NCBI GenBank assembly: GCA_031422435.1
Contig: JANPLU010000108.1
Location: 1 to 58,065 of the forward strand
DNA length: 58,065 bases
Reading direction: 5' to 3'
From: Acaryochloridaceae cyanobacterium VAR_48_metabat_390
GTDB lineage: Bacteria > Cyanobacteriota > Cyanobacteriia > Thermosynechococcales > Thermosynechococcaceae
In this document: piece after piece, positions 1 to 11,362 of the stretch
Numbering within the stretch: position 1 is the stretch's first letter
Layout of the letters: each line of letters begins with the position of its first letter
Translations under genes and position numbers: made by a program
The notes under the pieces: model-generated
Told to the model about the DNA's origin: nothing
What the model saw: the letters and a program-made list of their open reading frames with translations, nothing else
Database searches by the model: none

Positions 1-115
1 AATCTGATTCACTCCCTAGGCTGACACAAACGTTCCGCCTAGCAACCTGGTAGAATTTAAGACTCAATCTATCGCAATCTCAATTACTTTCAACTCTGAT
101 TCACAGATTTTTTCC

Positions 116-1333
116 ATGACGTATTCTTGGTCGCCAGCCCTTCAGCGTGGCATCAGCGACATTTTTCCAAATCTTCCCGACTCCACAGACCCAGCCGAAA
201 ATATTGTGGCAAGGCTTCAACAGGCCAGTCGCCCTCTCAGAATTAAGTTTGGCATTGATCCAACGGGTTCAGACGTGCATTTGGGTCACAGCATCCCCAT
301 CCGCAAGCTGCGTGCATTTCAAGACCAGGGGCACATTGCCGTTCTCATTTTTGGTGATTTTACGGCTCGAATAGGCGATCCTACAGGGAAGTCTGAAGTA
401 CGACGACAGCTTAGCGAGGCGGATGTAGCAGCGAATGTCAAAACCTACATTGAGCAAATTCGCCCAATTTTAGACTTTGAAACCCCAGGGAGGCTAGAGA
501 TTCGTCATAACTCTGAGTGGCTGGCTCAGCTTGATTTATCCAAAATTTTGCAGCTATTGACTACCATGACCGTGGGACAAATGTTGGCAAAGGAAGGGTT
601 TTCAGATCGATACAGTAAAGGAAATCCGATCTTTCTCCATGAGTTCTTGTATCCGCTGATGCAGGGCTATGACTCTGTGGCAGTTGAGGCGGATGTTGAA
701 ATTGGCGGAACCGATCAAAAGTTTAATATTGCCGTAGGGCGCGATCTTCAGCGCGTATTTGGTCAAAAACCTCAGTTTGGGCTATTGATGCCCATTTTGC
801 TCGGCACTGATGGCGTTCAAAAAATGTCTAAGTCTCTCAATAATTACGTCGGATTGGCAGAGAATCCTGTAAGCCTTTACTCTAAGCTAGAGAAAATATC
901 CGACTCAAGTATTGAGCAATACTTTGAGTTGCTGACAGACCTACCCCTCGATGAACTGCCGGAAGTACCCCGCGATCGTCAGAAGCTTTTGGCATTAGAC
1001 ATTGTGGGTCAGTTCCATGGCAAAGAGGCTGCTCAACAGACACAAGCCTCAGTCATCGCCATGATTAAGGAGGGGAAAACGACTGATACGGAATTAGTTC
1101 CTGAATTTTCTTTAACTCAAACGCAATTTCCGGTTAAGCTGTTTTATCTACTCAGCATCTGTGGGCTTTGTACCAGCAGTAGCGATGCTCGACGTCAAAT
1201 TCAGGGGGGGGCTGTAAAGTTAAATGGTCAAAAAATTTCCGAAGTGGACTGGACTGTGGCGACGCCAGAACAATTAGACACAAGAGTCCTTCAGGTTGGC
1301 AAAAAGAAGTTCGTGCGATTCGTTTCGACCTAA
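116..1333 (+). CDS. tyrS: Tyrosyl-tRNA synthetase
   Basis: [15 protein letters not shown] (HIGH-like), [14 protein letters not shown]-terminal S4-like domain ending QVGKKKF. Confidence 0.97.
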   Translation: MTYSWSPALQRGISDIFPNLPDSTDPAENIVARLQQASRPLRIKFGIDPTGSDVHLGHSIPIRKLRAFQDQGHIAVLIFGDFTARIGDPTGKSEVRRQLSEADVAANVKTYIEQIRPILDFETPGRLEIRHNSEWLAQLDLSKILQLLTTMTVGQMLAKEGFSDRYSKGNPIFLHEFLYPLMQGYDSVAVEADVEIGGTDQKFNIAVGRDLQRVFGQKPQFGLLMPILLGTDGVQKMSKSLNNYVGLAENPVSLYSKLEKISDSSIEQYFELLTDLPLDELPEVPRDRQKLLALDIVGQFHGKEAAQQTQASVIAMIKEGKTTDTELVPEFSLTQTQFPVKLFYLLSICGLCTSSSDARRQIQGGAVKLNGQKISEVDWTVATPEQLDTRVLQVGKKKFVRFVST

Positions 1334-1594
1334 AAGCCGCCTGCTGTATAAAGCCTACCGTTCTTGATTGGACTGGCAAACCTTTTTAGGTGCAGCGTCT
1401 TAGTTAACGACAGGTTAAAGGTTTCGCCAAATATCCGTAATTTCATGGATGTAAAAAATAAGTTTATTCGTCATGATTCAGTTTTACTCCTTGGCTCTCC
1501 AGAATTCTCGGTATAGTGACAACAGCAGTTACTGTAGCGCTCTAATTTTGGGCATACTTTCCGTGGAGGGAGATACCTCAAAGAGGTTGTGCAA

Positions 1595-1963
1595 ATGACG
1601 ACAGTGATGGTTGTGGATGATAGCCCGACGATTCGGGCGATGTTGGTCAATTTATTGAGCCAGCATGGATTAACGGTGGTTGAAGCGGAAGATGGGCTGG
1701 TTGCAAAGCAGCTTTTGAAAGACAGCCGACCAGACTTGGTCATCACGGACGTGGTGATGCCCAATATGAACGGCTATGAGCTTTGCCGCTGGGTTAAAAA
1801 TGAGCTTCAGGGTGTCCCTGTCATTTTGTGTTCGACCAAAGGTGAGGCGTTTGATCGTCACTGGGCGATGAAGCAGGGAGGTGATGCCTACATCATTAAG
1901 CCCTTTAACCCAGAGGAAATGATGACGGCGGTGCGGTCTTTATTACAGAGCGTTAAGCCATAA
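1595..1963 (+). CDS. Single-domain CheY-like response regulator (PilH/PixH-like)
   Basis: VVDDS, DLVITDVVMP, KPF receiver motifs. ATG at 1595 is preceded by AAGAGG; the ORF track starts at GTG 1589. Confidence 0.9.
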   Translation: MTTVMVVDDSPTIRAMLVNLLSQHGLTVVEAEDGLVAKQLLKDSRPDLVITDVVMPNMNGYELCRWVKNELQGVPVILCSTKGEAFDRHWAMKQGGDAYIIKPFNPEEMMTAVRSLLQSVKP

Positions 1964-1986
1964 GTCGTAGTTAGTATGAGACCAGC

Positions 1987-2499
1987 ATGGGAACGGAGAT
2001 CGAGCGTAAGTTTTTGGTTAAAAGTGACGCTTGGCGTTCCCAAAGGGTTGGAAAGCTCTACCGTCAAGGGTACGTTTTTAAGTCTACTGGCGTGACGGTT
2101 AGGGTTAGAATCGCTGGCGCTCAGGGCTATCTCACCCTTAAGGGGAAGGCAGAAAACTACGTTCGGCCAGAATTTGAGTACGAAATTCCGGTAGCTGATG
2201 CGAAAGAGATGCTGGATTTATGGTGTCATCCTCGTATTGTTGAGAAAACTCGATACCGCATCCCTTGGGGCGATCTGTTTTGGGAAGTTGACGAGTTTCA
2301 GGGATTCAACCAGGGACTGGTGTTAGCGGAGGTTGAGCTAAGTACAGCCGATCAGGTGGTAAATTTACCCGATTGGGTTGGGGAGGAGGTTTCTGAGCAA
2401 GACCGCTACTACAACTCTAGTTTGGCGCTAAACCCCTACTCTTTATGGACGACTGAGGATGGGCGATCATTAAGTGCGGACGAATGCGGATGGGTGTAG
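1987..2499 (+). CDS. CYTH-domain protein (triphosphate tunnel metalloenzyme / class IV adenylate cyclase-like)
   Basis: N-terminal EIERKFLV, RVRI..YLTLKG, EFEY, WEVDEF, AEVEL. Confidence 0.92.
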   Translation: MGTEIERKFLVKSDAWRSQRVGKLYRQGYVFKSTGVTVRVRIAGAQGYLTLKGKAENYVRPEFEYEIPVADAKEMLDLWCHPRIVEKTRYRIPWGDLFWEVDEFQGFNQGLVLAEVELSTADQVVNLPDWVGEEVSEQDRYYNSSLALNPYSLWTTEDGRSLSADECGWV

Positions 2500-2599
2500 G
2501 CTAAAGCCTATCTGCTGCTAAAGCCCATGTGCTAAAAGGCGGCGCATTTCGCTAAGATGGCGATTGTCTCGTTGGCTGTGCTCTTAACATTTAAATCCC

Positions 2600-4402
2600 A
2601 TGTCAGGGTCACGCTTGTGTCATCAAGGCCACTCTAATCCCCTTGCGAGCCGCTATTGCAACCAGTGCGGTGTGCCTTTGATGGGGGCGAATGACCTGAT
2701 TGAAAAGGTGGTGGGCGATCGCTATCGAATTGTGCGAGATATTGGTCACGGAGGGTTTGGGCAGACCTACCTAGCAGAGGATATCAATCGCTTTAATGAG
2801 CGCTGCATCCTGAAGGAACTGGCTCCTGCTGCCGAAAACCAGGACAGCCTAGAGAAGGCAAAAGAGCTGTTTGCCCGTGAAGCTGAAGTGCTGTACAAGC
2901 TTCAGCATCCGCAAATTCCGAAGTTTCGCGAGTGGTTTACAGAACCGACGCGCCAGTCGATGTTTTTGGTGCAGGACTACGCCGAAGGGCCGACCTACCA
3001 AGACATTTTGCGAGATCGTGCCCGACAGAATCAAACCTTTGTCGAATCTGAAGTTGTTACGCTGCTGCTTCAGCTTTTGCCTGTGCTGAGCTACATTCAT
3101 GGGCGCGGCGTCATTCACCGTGATTTATCCCCCGATAATCTGATTTGCCGAAATAGCGATCGCCTGCCTGTGTTGATTGATTTTGGCGGCGTTAAAGAAG
3201 TCACGGTCAGCGCTTCAGCAATACACAGCAAAAACTCAACAGACACCGCCAAAGATAGCGTGACCCTCATTGGCAAACCAGGCTATTCTCCTGAAGAACA
3301 AATGCGGCGGGGACAGGTTTCTGCGGCGAGTGACCTTTATGCACTGGGCGTGACGGCACTGGTGCTGCTGATTGGCAAAGATCCGGCTGATTTTTATGAT
3401 GCCTTTCATCTTGCCTTTGACTGGCGAGATAAGGTCAACGTTAGCCCAGGTCTAGCCGTCATTCTAGATAAAATGGTCGCCCATCGTGTGGCGAATCGCT
3501 ACACAACCGCTCAGCAGGTTTTACAAGATTTAGAGGCGCTCGTTAGCCAGAAGCTGCCATCACCCCTCGACGGGGTTGTTGCCGTGCAGCAGAATTCCAC
3601 TGCTATACCGTTAACGGCTTATGACGGTTCCAAAACCGTTGGTGCTTTTAAAACGCAGGTCGTTGCGCCCTTGGGCACTGCTGTGGCAACAGCGGTAGCG
3701 GCTTCGCCCTCTATAGAGCGGATAGAGCCTGCACCCATCGCGGGTGCGACACAGGGTGCGTCAGGCTGGATCTGGAAACAGGTTACGGTGCTGGGGCGAA
3801 GTTTGCTCGTGCTAATTCTGCTGCTGGGCGCTGGCGCACTAGGATGGGTCGCTGTTCGCGGGTGGCTCCAGTCTCAATCTCTTTTGCCGTCTTCTTCTGC
3901 GCCCTCAACAGCGGTATCTTCCGCGTCTGTTCAGCAAACTCAGACTTATTCTGCTGCTGAACGGCAGCGTAAAGCACAGATGATTAGTCGGCTAGAAAGC
4001 CTAGGCGTTTCTTCTAATTTCTTTTACCGTTTGGTGAATGAAGCCTATTTTTTGCAATATCCTGACCAGCGAGGGCGGCTCTTGGGCAATGGGCCAGAAG
4101 ATGAGGCGCTACGCACAAATTGGGATCGAGTGGGTTCTCAGGTACTCGATGCCATTGAGCCATTACGTCCTGCGGCTCGTGATCGCCTGGGCAGCTATAC
4201 TGAGGGCGATCGCACCTCATGGATAAGCCAGCTTGAGGCAGCGGGTCAAGATTCAGGTCAGTTTTTTGAGCAGGTTGAATCTCAGCTCACAGATGCGTTG
4301 CCGATGTATCGTGGAATTGACCTGCGCGGGAAGTCCGCAGCATTTCAACTTGCCAGCGGCATCGCGGCGGATCGGATGGTGGAGGCAGGTCGATCTCAGT
4401 AA
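2600..4402 (+). CDS. Membrane-anchored Hanks-type Ser/Thr protein kinase with N-terminal zinc ribbon
   Basis: CHQGH..CNQCG ribbon; GHGGFG, HRDLSPDN, LIDFGG, GYSPEEQ, SDLYALG; hydrophobic TM helix near aa 400-420. Confidence 0.93.
   Translation: MSGSRLCHQGHSNPLASRYCNQCGVPLMGANDLIEKVVGDRYRIVRDIGHGGFGQTYLAEDINRFNERCILKELAPAAENQDSLEKAKELFAREAEVLYKLQHPQIPKFREWFTEPTRQSMFLVQDYAEGPTYQDILRDRARQNQTFVESEVVTLLLQLLPVLSYIHGRGVIHRDLSPDNLICRNSDRLPVLIDFGGVKEVTVSASAIHSKNSTDTAKDSVTLIGKPGYSPEEQMRRGQVSAASDLYALGVTALVLLIGKDPADFYDAFHLAFDWRDKVNVSPGLAVILDKMVAHRVANRYTTAQQVLQDLEALVSQKLPSPLDGVVAVQQNSTAIPLTAYDGSKTVGAFKTQVVAPLGTAVATAVAASPSIERIEPAPIAGATQGASGWIWKQVTVLGRSLLVLILLLGAGALGWVAVRGWLQSQSLLPSSSAPSTAVSSASVQQTQTYSAAERQRKAQMISRLESLGVSSNFFYRLVNEAYFLQYPDQRGRLLGNGPEDEALRTNWDRVGSQVLDAIEPLRPAARDRLGSYTEGDRTSWISQLEAAGQDSGQFFEQVESQLTDALPMYRGIDLRGKSAAFQLASGIAADRMVEAGRSQ
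2715..2722. repeat. HIP1 octamer GCGATCGC (one example; dispersed throughout the window)
   Basis: Further copies at 3156, 4206, 5437, 39465 and many more, often as GGCGATCGCC. Confidence 0.9.
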
Positions 4403-4471
4403 AGCGATGCGTCAGGTTTTGGTTCCTTCCTCGAGCGTACAGAACTCTCAAGCATTCATCGGCATGGATCT

Positions 4472-5401
4472 GTGACAAACACCTCCGTCCCCCAGCTATT
4501 TCTTAAGTCTGAGTCTCTTTATGCGAATAAAGAGGCGATTGACAGTGGGTTTTGGAGTCCGATGACGTGGATGGCTCGATCTCCCGCTGCTCTGCCCGTG
4601 GGCTACTATTATTCATTGGTCGGCAAAAAATTCTGGCTGGTGGGCAGTGGAATAGACTGCACCATTGTCTTTAATGACGATCAGATTTCAAGCCAGCATG
4701 CGCTGCTGTTGGCGACCGCCGACCGAGAGATCTATTTCTGTGATTTGCAGAGTGTGAATGGCTCGTCTATCAATGATGTCTCGGTTCGCTATCCGGTGCT
4801 GTTACGGCACGGCGATCGCCTGAGGATAGGGCCACTTGAAGTAGAGTTTCAGTATTCTGGAGAGGTGCCGGGTACGCAGCTTTTTAGTGTTCATAAAACG
4901 GTCTTGTTGGTGCAGACTCAAAAAGCGCAGTACGACATTTGGCAAACGCTACTCAAGACTTGTAGCGTATCAATTCTGGAGGAAAGCTGTACGGATCAAA
5001 CCTTAAGGGAAGAAGTTGAGGCGCTACTAGAAGGTTTGGTTCAAACGCCTGACCTTATGGTGGTGGATTTAGAGGCGCTAAAGCCAAATCCCTATGAATT
5101 CTGCCGCTGGTGCCGAGTGCAGTATCCTGGTCTCAAAATCATTTTGACCTGCGGCAGCAGAACGGACATTTTTTTATCAGAAAAACGCTGGGTGCAGCAG
5201 CAGGGTGCGGTTGATTTACTGCCTGGGTTTTCTCAAGAAAGCTTTTTCTCGCTGAGCTTAACGGATGTAGTGGCTCGGTTTGAGTGCTTATTACAGGCGT
5301 TGGAGCTTCCTGCCTCTCAGGTGAATTCTCTGGAGCCGGTACTGCGATCGCTCATGCATCGACTCAATTTTCCACTCAATTCTCCGCAGGGCGAGCTGTA
5401 A
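4472..5401 (+). CDS. FHA-domain protein fused to a degenerate receiver-like domain
   Basis: ISSQHA, DLQSVNGSSIN, LRHGDRLRIG (FHA); PDLMVVD..PYEFCRWCR..RWVQQQGAVDLL (receiver-like). Confidence 0.75.
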   Translation: MTNTSVPQLFLKSESLYANKEAIDSGFWSPMTWMARSPAALPVGYYYSLVGKKFWLVGSGIDCTIVFNDDQISSQHALLLATADREIYFCDLQSVNGSSINDVSVRYPVLLRHGDRLRIGPLEVEFQYSGEVPGTQLFSVHKTVLLVQTQKAQYDIWQTLLKTCSVSILEESCTDQTLREEVEALLEGLVQTPDLMVVDLEALKPNPYEFCRWCRVQYPGLKIILTCGSRTDIFLSEKRWVQQQGAVDLLPGFSQESFFSLSLTDVVARFECLLQALELPASQVNSLEPVLRSLMHRLNFPLNSPQGEL

Positions 5402-5445
5402 GAGTAGCTCTTGTTTCTTTATCAACTTACCTATAGGCGATCGCC

Positions 5446-6726
5446 ATGCCAACATTTCTGCACCTTGCTGACGTTCATTTAGGGTTTACCAAATACGACT
5501 CACCAGAGCGCACAAAAGATTTCTTTTATGCGCTCCAGGATGCGATCACAAAATATGCTCTAGAGCCACAGGTTGATTTTGTGCTGATTGCGGGAGATTT
5601 ATTCGAGCAGCGTCAGGTGATGCCCGCCACGCTCAATCAGGCTCAGCTTTGCCTCACGCCGCTTAAAGAAGCAGGAATTCCAGTACTGGCGATCGAGGGG
5701 AATCACGACTACAGACCCTACGGTACCCAAACAAGCTGGCTGCGGTACCTCTCAAGTTGGGGCGTACTCAAGCTGCTTGAACCCAATGAACACGAGGAAC
5801 TAGAGCCTTGGTCAGAAGAGCATCGCAGCGGAGGCTATATTGATTTACCCTGCGGCGTGCGGGTGATTGGATCGCGGTGGTATGGCGCCGCGGCTCCCCA
5901 AGCCATTCAAAAGTTGGCGGCAGCGATTCCGCCGCTTCCGACTGGACCAGCGTTTACGGTCATGATGTTTCATCACGGGCTAGAAGGCCAAATTGCGCGA
6001 TACAGCGGCGCACTGCGCTACCAAGACTTTTTGCCGCTTAAAGAGGCTGGGGTTGACTACCTAGCTTTGGGGCATATCCACCGCAACTACAGCCTAGAAA
6101 ACTGGATTTTTAACCCTGGCTCCATTGAGGCCAATAGCGTTGCCGAGAATCAGGCACAGAACCCGCGCGGAGTCTACTTAGTAGAGCTATCGGCTGAAGG
6201 AATCAAAGCAGAGCTAAAGCAAGATTACGAACAGCGCAGCATTCTGCGGCTGAGCCTAGAGGCAAACCCAGATCAAACTTCAGCAGAGCTAGAGCAAGTG
6301 GCGATCGCCCTAGTCAACCAGTCTGCCGCCCAAGACAACACTAAAGGGGCAATTGTGGAGTTGCGACTGCACGGCAGCATCGGGTTTGATCGCTCTGATC
6401 TAGACATTCGTGCGTTGCGAACCGTACTGCATGAGCTGAGCCAAGCCCTCATTTTTCTGCTGAAGTATGACGTTAGCGGGCGTGAATTTCAGACCTACAT
6501 TAATGAAGATGAACTCCCTTCTCGCTTAGAGATTGAGCGCACGGTTTTTACCGACTTTTTGGTGGCAAATGTGAACTACAGAGACAGCGCTGAAGCATTA
6601 ATACAGGGCTTACTCGATCTTAAAATTAGGGTTCTGAATGAGCAGCCTGAAGATGAACTGTACGGCTTTATCGAAACGCTACTGGCACAGACTCAGATTA
6701 ATGCTGCTGCAAGTCAATCAACTTAA
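5446..6726 (+). CDS. sbcD: SbcD/Mre11-family DNA repair exonuclease
   Basis: ADVHLG, AGDLF, GNHD, YLALGHIH, NPGS metallophosphoesterase motifs. Confidence 0.88.
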   Translation: MPTFLHLADVHLGFTKYDSPERTKDFFYALQDAITKYALEPQVDFVLIAGDLFEQRQVMPATLNQAQLCLTPLKEAGIPVLAIEGNHDYRPYGTQTSWLRYLSSWGVLKLLEPNEHEELEPWSEEHRSGGYIDLPCGVRVIGSRWYGAAAPQAIQKLAAAIPPLPTGPAFTVMMFHHGLEGQIARYSGALRYQDFLPLKEAGVDYLALGHIHRNYSLENWIFNPGSIEANSVAENQAQNPRGVYLVELSAEGIKAELKQDYEQRSILRLSLEANPDQTSAELEQVAIALVNQSAAQDNTKGAIVELRLHGSIGFDRSDLDIRALRTVLHELSQALIFLLKYDVSGREFQTYINEDELPSRLEIERTVFTDFLVANVNYRDSAEALIQGLLDLKIRVLNEQPEDELYGFIETLLAQTQINAAASQST

Positions 6727-6788
6727 TTTCTGCTCTCGCTCGACGAATGTCAAGTACAAATGCTCTCAAGTTCCAATCGACCAGATTT

Positions 6789-7103
6789 TTAAGATTCGGA
6801 CAATTTTCGTTCTAGCGCTACAACTCGATGCCGTAAATCTAATATGTCTTGCTGGATATCTAGGGAATCGCGCTCTCGGTTGATGCTGTACCCAATGAGC
6901 TGCTCAATTCTGCGGTCTGTGGCCTTACCATGTTCCAACAAAGCATCCATTGCAACCAAGGTTTGCTTTTGAGATTCCTTCAAATCACCCACAGACTGTT
7001 TTAAGTCGCCTAGCTCAGCTTCAAAACGTAACTGGCTACCCTGCAATTCTCTTTGCACTGAGAGCATCCCCTCAATAGCCTGCTGAATTTGTTCAAATGT
7101 CAT
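6789..7103 (-). CDS. Small coiled-coil hypothetical protein
   Basis: 104-aa ORF with a strong AAGGAGG RBS and heptad-like sequence (LGDLKQSVGDLKESQ). Confidence 0.75.
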   Translation of the reverse strand: MTFEQIQQAIEGMLSVQRELQGSQLRFEAELGDLKQSVGDLKESQKQTLVAMDALLEHGKATDRRIEQLIGYSINRERDSLDIQQDILDLRHRVVALERKLSES

Positions 7104-7204
7104 AATTTACCCTCCTTCATAAGTTCCTGCTGTGTCGCTTTGGTGATGACTCGGCGCAGCTATGCAAAAGGATTGGCTAATGATCGCACCACAATATCAA
7201 CTGA
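7100..7204 (-). pseudogene. Truncated remnant of a small putative DNA-binding (RHH-like) gene
   Basis: Frame reads SVDIVVRSLANPFA*LRRVITKATQQELMKEGKL*, with an internal TAG at 7160-7162 and its TGA overlapping the next ATG (ATGA). The family resemblance is recalled, not searched. Confidence 0.4.
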
Positions 7205-7215
7205 CTTCCCTAACC

Positions 7216-7291
<76 letters not shown>

Positions 7292-7372
7292 GCTACTCGT
7301 AAAGCTCAATATTACAACACCCACAAAGGCTGAGACAACGCCTCATCAATAATATCCACGCTTCACTAATGT

Positions 7373-8440
7373 TTAGAACGGCGTTGGCGGAATGTCTTTT
7401 TCTGGCACTGAAATTGGGATTTGGCTATTGGGTAATGAGGGTTCTTCTGGATTGATCGCAGGCAATGTTTCCCAAAGTTTTGGAAGGCGATCGCGCTGAT
7501 TAACCAGATAAATACTCACTAGCGTCAGACACACGCCCAAAAACTGAATGGGGCTAAGCACCTCTGCCAAAAATAAATTGCCAAAAATAAGGGCAAACAC
7601 AGGGGTCAAAAACGTGAGTGCGCTCAGGCTGGTCAGGTTCCCCTTGGAGGCAAACCAAAAGAAAAGACCATAGGCGATCGCACTACCAAAAACAGTAGAG
7701 TAACCCATCGCCAACCAGCTCTGAAGCGTTAACCCCTGCCACTGATGGCTCTCCCATAAAACCGAGCCGACCAAAAGCGGAACGCCGCCTATCAGCATGT
7801 GCCAGCCCGTTGCCATAATGGGGTCTGCGTACTTACTGACGCGCTGAATCATGACTGTGCCCACCGCCATCGAAAGCGCTGCCAACAGCATCCAGCTTTC
7901 GCCTCGGCTCAAGAATGCCTGCAAACTCTCCCCCACAGAGAGGTCTAAAACAGGCCATGCAAAATGGCCGCTAAACCAGTCCAGAATCCATTCGTCGGGG
8001 AGTCCAATGCAGCTAATGCCCGTGATGCCGACCAGTAGACCCAGCCAACCCCAAAATCTGACCTGTTCGCCGTAGAGCAACCAGGCTAAAACCGCAACGG
8101 CTAAGGGCTGAGAATCAATCATCACCGAGCCTAGACCTGCCCCCGTTTTAGAGAGTCCCGTCACTAAAAAGCCCTGAAATAGGGTCGCATCTACTAAGGC
8201 AAATAGGGTAATCCAAAGCCATGCTTTCCAGCCCTGGGGTTGCGCTTTGCCCATCATGACTGCCGCCACAATCACCAGTAACCCCGCTGGCATAATCCGT
8301 AAAGTGCCCACAAACAGAGGGCTACTCTGATCCATCACGCCCTTCATGGCAACCATCGCCGTTCCCCATAGGAAGAACGGCGCAATGAGCAGCAGCCACT
8401 GAAGCAGAGATTTAGGATGGGTAGACGACGAGTCTTGCAT
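7373..8440 (-). CDS. DMT/EamA-family transporter
   Basis: About 10 TM helices in two EamA repeats (PFFLWGTAMVAMK; LTFLTPVFALIFGNLFLAE). Confidence 0.9.
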   Translation of the reverse strand: MQDSSSTHPKSLLQWLLLIAPFFLWGTAMVAMKGVMDQSSPLFVGTLRIMPAGLLVIVAAVMMGKAQPQGWKAWLWITLFALVDATLFQGFLVTGLSKTGAGLGSVMIDSQPLAVAVLAWLLYGEQVRFWGWLGLLVGITGISCIGLPDEWILDWFSGHFAWPVLDLSVGESLQAFLSRGESWMLLAALSMAVGTVMIQRVSKYADPIMATGWHMLIGGVPLLVGSVLWESHQWQGLTLQSWLAMGYSTVFGSAIAYGLFFWFASKGNLTSLSALTFLTPVFALIFGNLFLAEVLSPIQFLGVCLTLVSIYLVNQRDRLPKLWETLPAINPEEPSLPNSQIPISVPEKDIPPTPF

Positions 8441-8651
8441 AGTCTAATGAGGGATGAAACACGAAACAATTGAAAAACCGATGCTTGGAGAGAGAGACTG
8501 CCTAAAACAGTCAACAGCTACGATCTTACTGACATTTCCTAAAGAAGCGAATGTTAGGGCTACCGTCTGACCGACGACAAATTGAAAAACTTTAGCCATA
8601 GCTTTGCGATAGAGTCAAAGAGAAGTCTCTATGACGTTTTAGGATAGTTTC

Positions 8652-10076
8652 GTGACAGTTCGAGTTCGCATTGCGCCCAGTCCCACAGGCAATCTCCACA
8701 TTGGCACCGCCCGTACAGCCGTCTTTAACTGGCTGTTTGCCCGTCATCACCAGGGTCAGTTTATTCTGCGCGTTGAAGATACTGATTTGGAGCGATCGCG
8801 CCCCGAATATACCCAAAACATCATTGATGGACTCACCTGGCTCGGCTTAACTTGGGATGAAGGCCCTTTCTTCCAGTCTGAGCGCATGGATTTGTATCGT
8901 CAGGCGGTGCAGACGCTACTCGACAAAGGGTTGGCCTACCACTGCTACGCCACACCCGCAGAATTAGATGCTATGCGTGCTGCGCAAGAAGCCAACAACG
9001 AAGCGCCTCGCTACGACAACCGCCACCGGAACCTCACCCCAGACCAAAAAGCGGCCTTTGAAGCCGAAGGCCGAAAGCCTGTTGTCCGGTTCAGAATTGA
9101 AGACGACCGCGTCATTTCCTGGACGGATTTAGTCAGAGGCCAAGTCACCTGGCAAGGCAAAGACCTAGGCGGCGATATGGTGATCGCTCGCGCAGCCTCC
9201 AGTACCGAAATGGGTCAGCCCCTCTATAACCTCGTGGTGGTGGTAGATGACATTGATATGACCATTACCCACGTCATTCGCGGCGAAGACCATATTGGCA
9301 ATACGCCCAAGCAAATTTTGCTTTACGAAGCCCTCGAGCAAAAGATTCCAGAATTTGGTCATACGCCCCTCATCCTTAGCCCAGCGGGTAAAAAGCTCTC
9401 CAAGCGAGACGGCGTTACGTCTATTTCTGAATTTCAAGAGATGGGCTTTATGGCTCCGGCGCTGGTCAACTACATGACCCTTCTCGGCTGGTCGCCCACA
9501 GACTCGACCAAAGAGCTGTTTTCTTTAGCAGAAGCCGCCGAAGACTTTGAGATGCAGCGCGTGACTAAAGCAGGCGCTAAGTTTGATTGGGACAAACTGG
9601 ACTGGATTAATAGCCAGTATCTCCACACTATGCCCATTCCTGAGCTGACGGATCGGCTGACGACCGTATGGCAGGCTGCTGGCTACGATACAAAAGCCGT
9701 GAGCCAATCCTGGCTAGCGCAGTTGACAACGCTGTTAGCGCCCAGCCTTACTCGCCTCAAAGATGCGGCGCAACAAGCTCAAGTCTTTTTTACCCAAGAT
9801 TTGACGCGCAATAAAGAGGCTTCTGCCCAGCTTCAGCAAGCAAACGTGCCAGAAGTTTTGGCCTTTATTGCCCAACAGCTACAGCAAACGCCAGACTTTA
9901 CCGCAGATGCCGCCAAAGACCTCATCAGTCAAGCAGTTAAGCAGCATGGCGTCAAGAAAGGACTGGTGATGCGATCGCTCCGTGCAGCCCTCACAGGCGA
10001 AGTGCATGGCCCTGACCTCATCGAAACTTGGCTGCTGCTCCATCAGCGCGGCTGGGATCAGACCCGCCTTGAGTAA
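8652..10076 (+). CDS. gltX: Glutamyl-tRNA synthetase
   Basis: [36 protein letters not shown]. Confidence 0.97.
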   Translation: MTVRVRIAPSPTGNLHIGTARTAVFNWLFARHHQGQFILRVEDTDLERSRPEYTQNIIDGLTWLGLTWDEGPFFQSERMDLYRQAVQTLLDKGLAYHCYATPAELDAMRAAQEANNEAPRYDNRHRNLTPDQKAAFEAEGRKPVVRFRIEDDRVISWTDLVRGQVTWQGKDLGGDMVIARAASSTEMGQPLYNLVVVVDDIDMTITHVIRGEDHIGNTPKQILLYEALEQKIPEFGHTPLILSPAGKKLSKRDGVTSISEFQEMGFMAPALVNYMTLLGWSPTDSTKELFSLAEAAEDFEMQRVTKAGAKFDWDKLDWINSQYLHTMPIPELTDRLTTVWQAAGYDTKAVSQSWLAQLTTLLAPSLTRLKDAAQQAQVFFTQDLTRNKEASAQLQQANVPEVLAFIAQQLQQTPDFTADAAKDLISQAVKQHGVKKGLVMRSLRAALTGEVHGPDLIETWLLLHQRGWDQTRLE

Positions 10077-10114
10077 AGTCTGGTGATCGCCTAAAGGCAT
10101 CTGTTTAAGCTTTT

Positions 10115-11131
10115 TTAAGCAAAGGGTGAAGGCATGGGCTGCCCAGGAGATACCTTCACTCTAATGCCAATAACCGTAACGTTGTCATGACCGTTTTCAG
10201 TATTGGCTAACGCAATGAGCCGATGTAGCCCTGCTGCTAAAGAGAGCTGAAAATCAAGCAGGGGCGCCAGATATTCTGCTTGAAAACGCTCCAGAAGCTG
10301 ATTGTCAGTTAGCCCATCGGAACACAGTAAAAACACGCTATCTTCCTGAAGCGTCAGACTCTGCACGTCGGGCTTGAGGGAATGACTGGACCGTGGCCCC
10401 AAAGCTTGGGTGAGCTGATAAGCATCAGGACGCGCATAAGCAACATCTGGGGCAGTGCCGCGCTGCATATCTCGCTGACCCACTTCATGATCAACGGTCA
10501 GCTGCTCCAATCCGTGGCGATGGGTCAGTCGATAGAGCCGACTGTCCCCAACGTGGGCAAATCGGAACTGCGTATCTTGAAGCATAGCGAGAACCAAGGT
10601 TGTCCCCATTCGACCTGCACCCAAACGGGTTTGAGATTCATTGAGGGTATGGAGCGTTTGATTCGTCCAGCTAATCGCATCTTTGACCGCCGCTTCACTC
10701 GGCATCTGTTCTTGCCAATGCTCTCTAAAGAATAGAGCTAGGGTTTCTGCTGCCATTCGGCTGGCGACTTCTCCTTGGGCATGTCCTCCCATCCCATCAC
10801 ACAAAATATAGACGCCGCGTGTGTAGGTCTGAGCACCGTCCGAATCGATGAGCTGGGTGCATCGGTTATCGATTACAAAAAAGTCTTCGTTATGATGTCG
10901 ACTATTGCCAACGTCTGTTACGCCAAAGGCCTCCAGTTCCAGAACTCTATTTGGCAAAATGACCGTTGGGAGTTCTTCTGAAAAATCCTCCGAGAATAGA
11001 TCGGTAGCAAAATGATCTAAAAATTCATCGCTCTCACTTGCGCCTATCCCATCGATTCCATTCTCATAGGTTTCGGTACAGATTTCAGCATCAGTCGGTG
11101 CATTTGTGAGAGAGTTTAGAGGCTGATTCAT
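10115..11131 (-). CDS. PP2C/PPM-family Ser/Thr phosphatase
   Basis: RHHNEDF, CDGMGGH, MGTT, HVGDSR, LCSDGL, GHDNVT. Probable start is ATG 11131; the ORF extends to 11290. Confidence 0.92.
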   Translation of the reverse strand: MNQPLNSLTNAPTDAEICTETYENGIDGIGASESDEFLDHFATDLFSEDFSEELPTVILPNRVLELEAFGVTDVGNSRHHNEDFFVIDNRCTQLIDSDGAQTYTRGVYILCDGMGGHAQGEVASRMAAETLALFFREHWQEQMPSEAAVKDAISWTNQTLHTLNESQTRLGAGRMGTTLVLAMLQDTQFRFAHVGDSRLYRLTHRHGLEQLTVDHEVGQRDMQRGTAPDVAYARPDAYQLTQALGPRSSHSLKPDVQSLTLQEDSVFLLCSDGLTDNQLLERFQAEYLAPLLDFQLSLAAGLHRLIALANTENGHDNVTVIGIRVKVSPGQPMPSPFA

Positions 11132-11362
11132 AATATTCAAGGTCAGATTGAACCTTAAGGTCTGTCTGGGGTAGAAGCCGCAGGAACTACGCTTTTTTTG
11201 CGATGGGCCAACATTTAGGCACCGGTACTGGGGAAGCAAGGCTCTGTCACATTGCGTGTCTTCGACTGTCAGACAAACGCTCTGCCCCACCTTAATATTA
11301 GTCAGTGCTTCTCACGAGTCCATCCGCTAAAATACGTAACTTTAGGCAAAAGTCATAAAGGT

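Noticed and set aside
8468..8590. 11-bp direct repeat AATTGAAAAAC (8468, 8580) between the EamA gene and gltX
   Set aside because: Low-complexity AT-rich match with only two copies; chance is plausible
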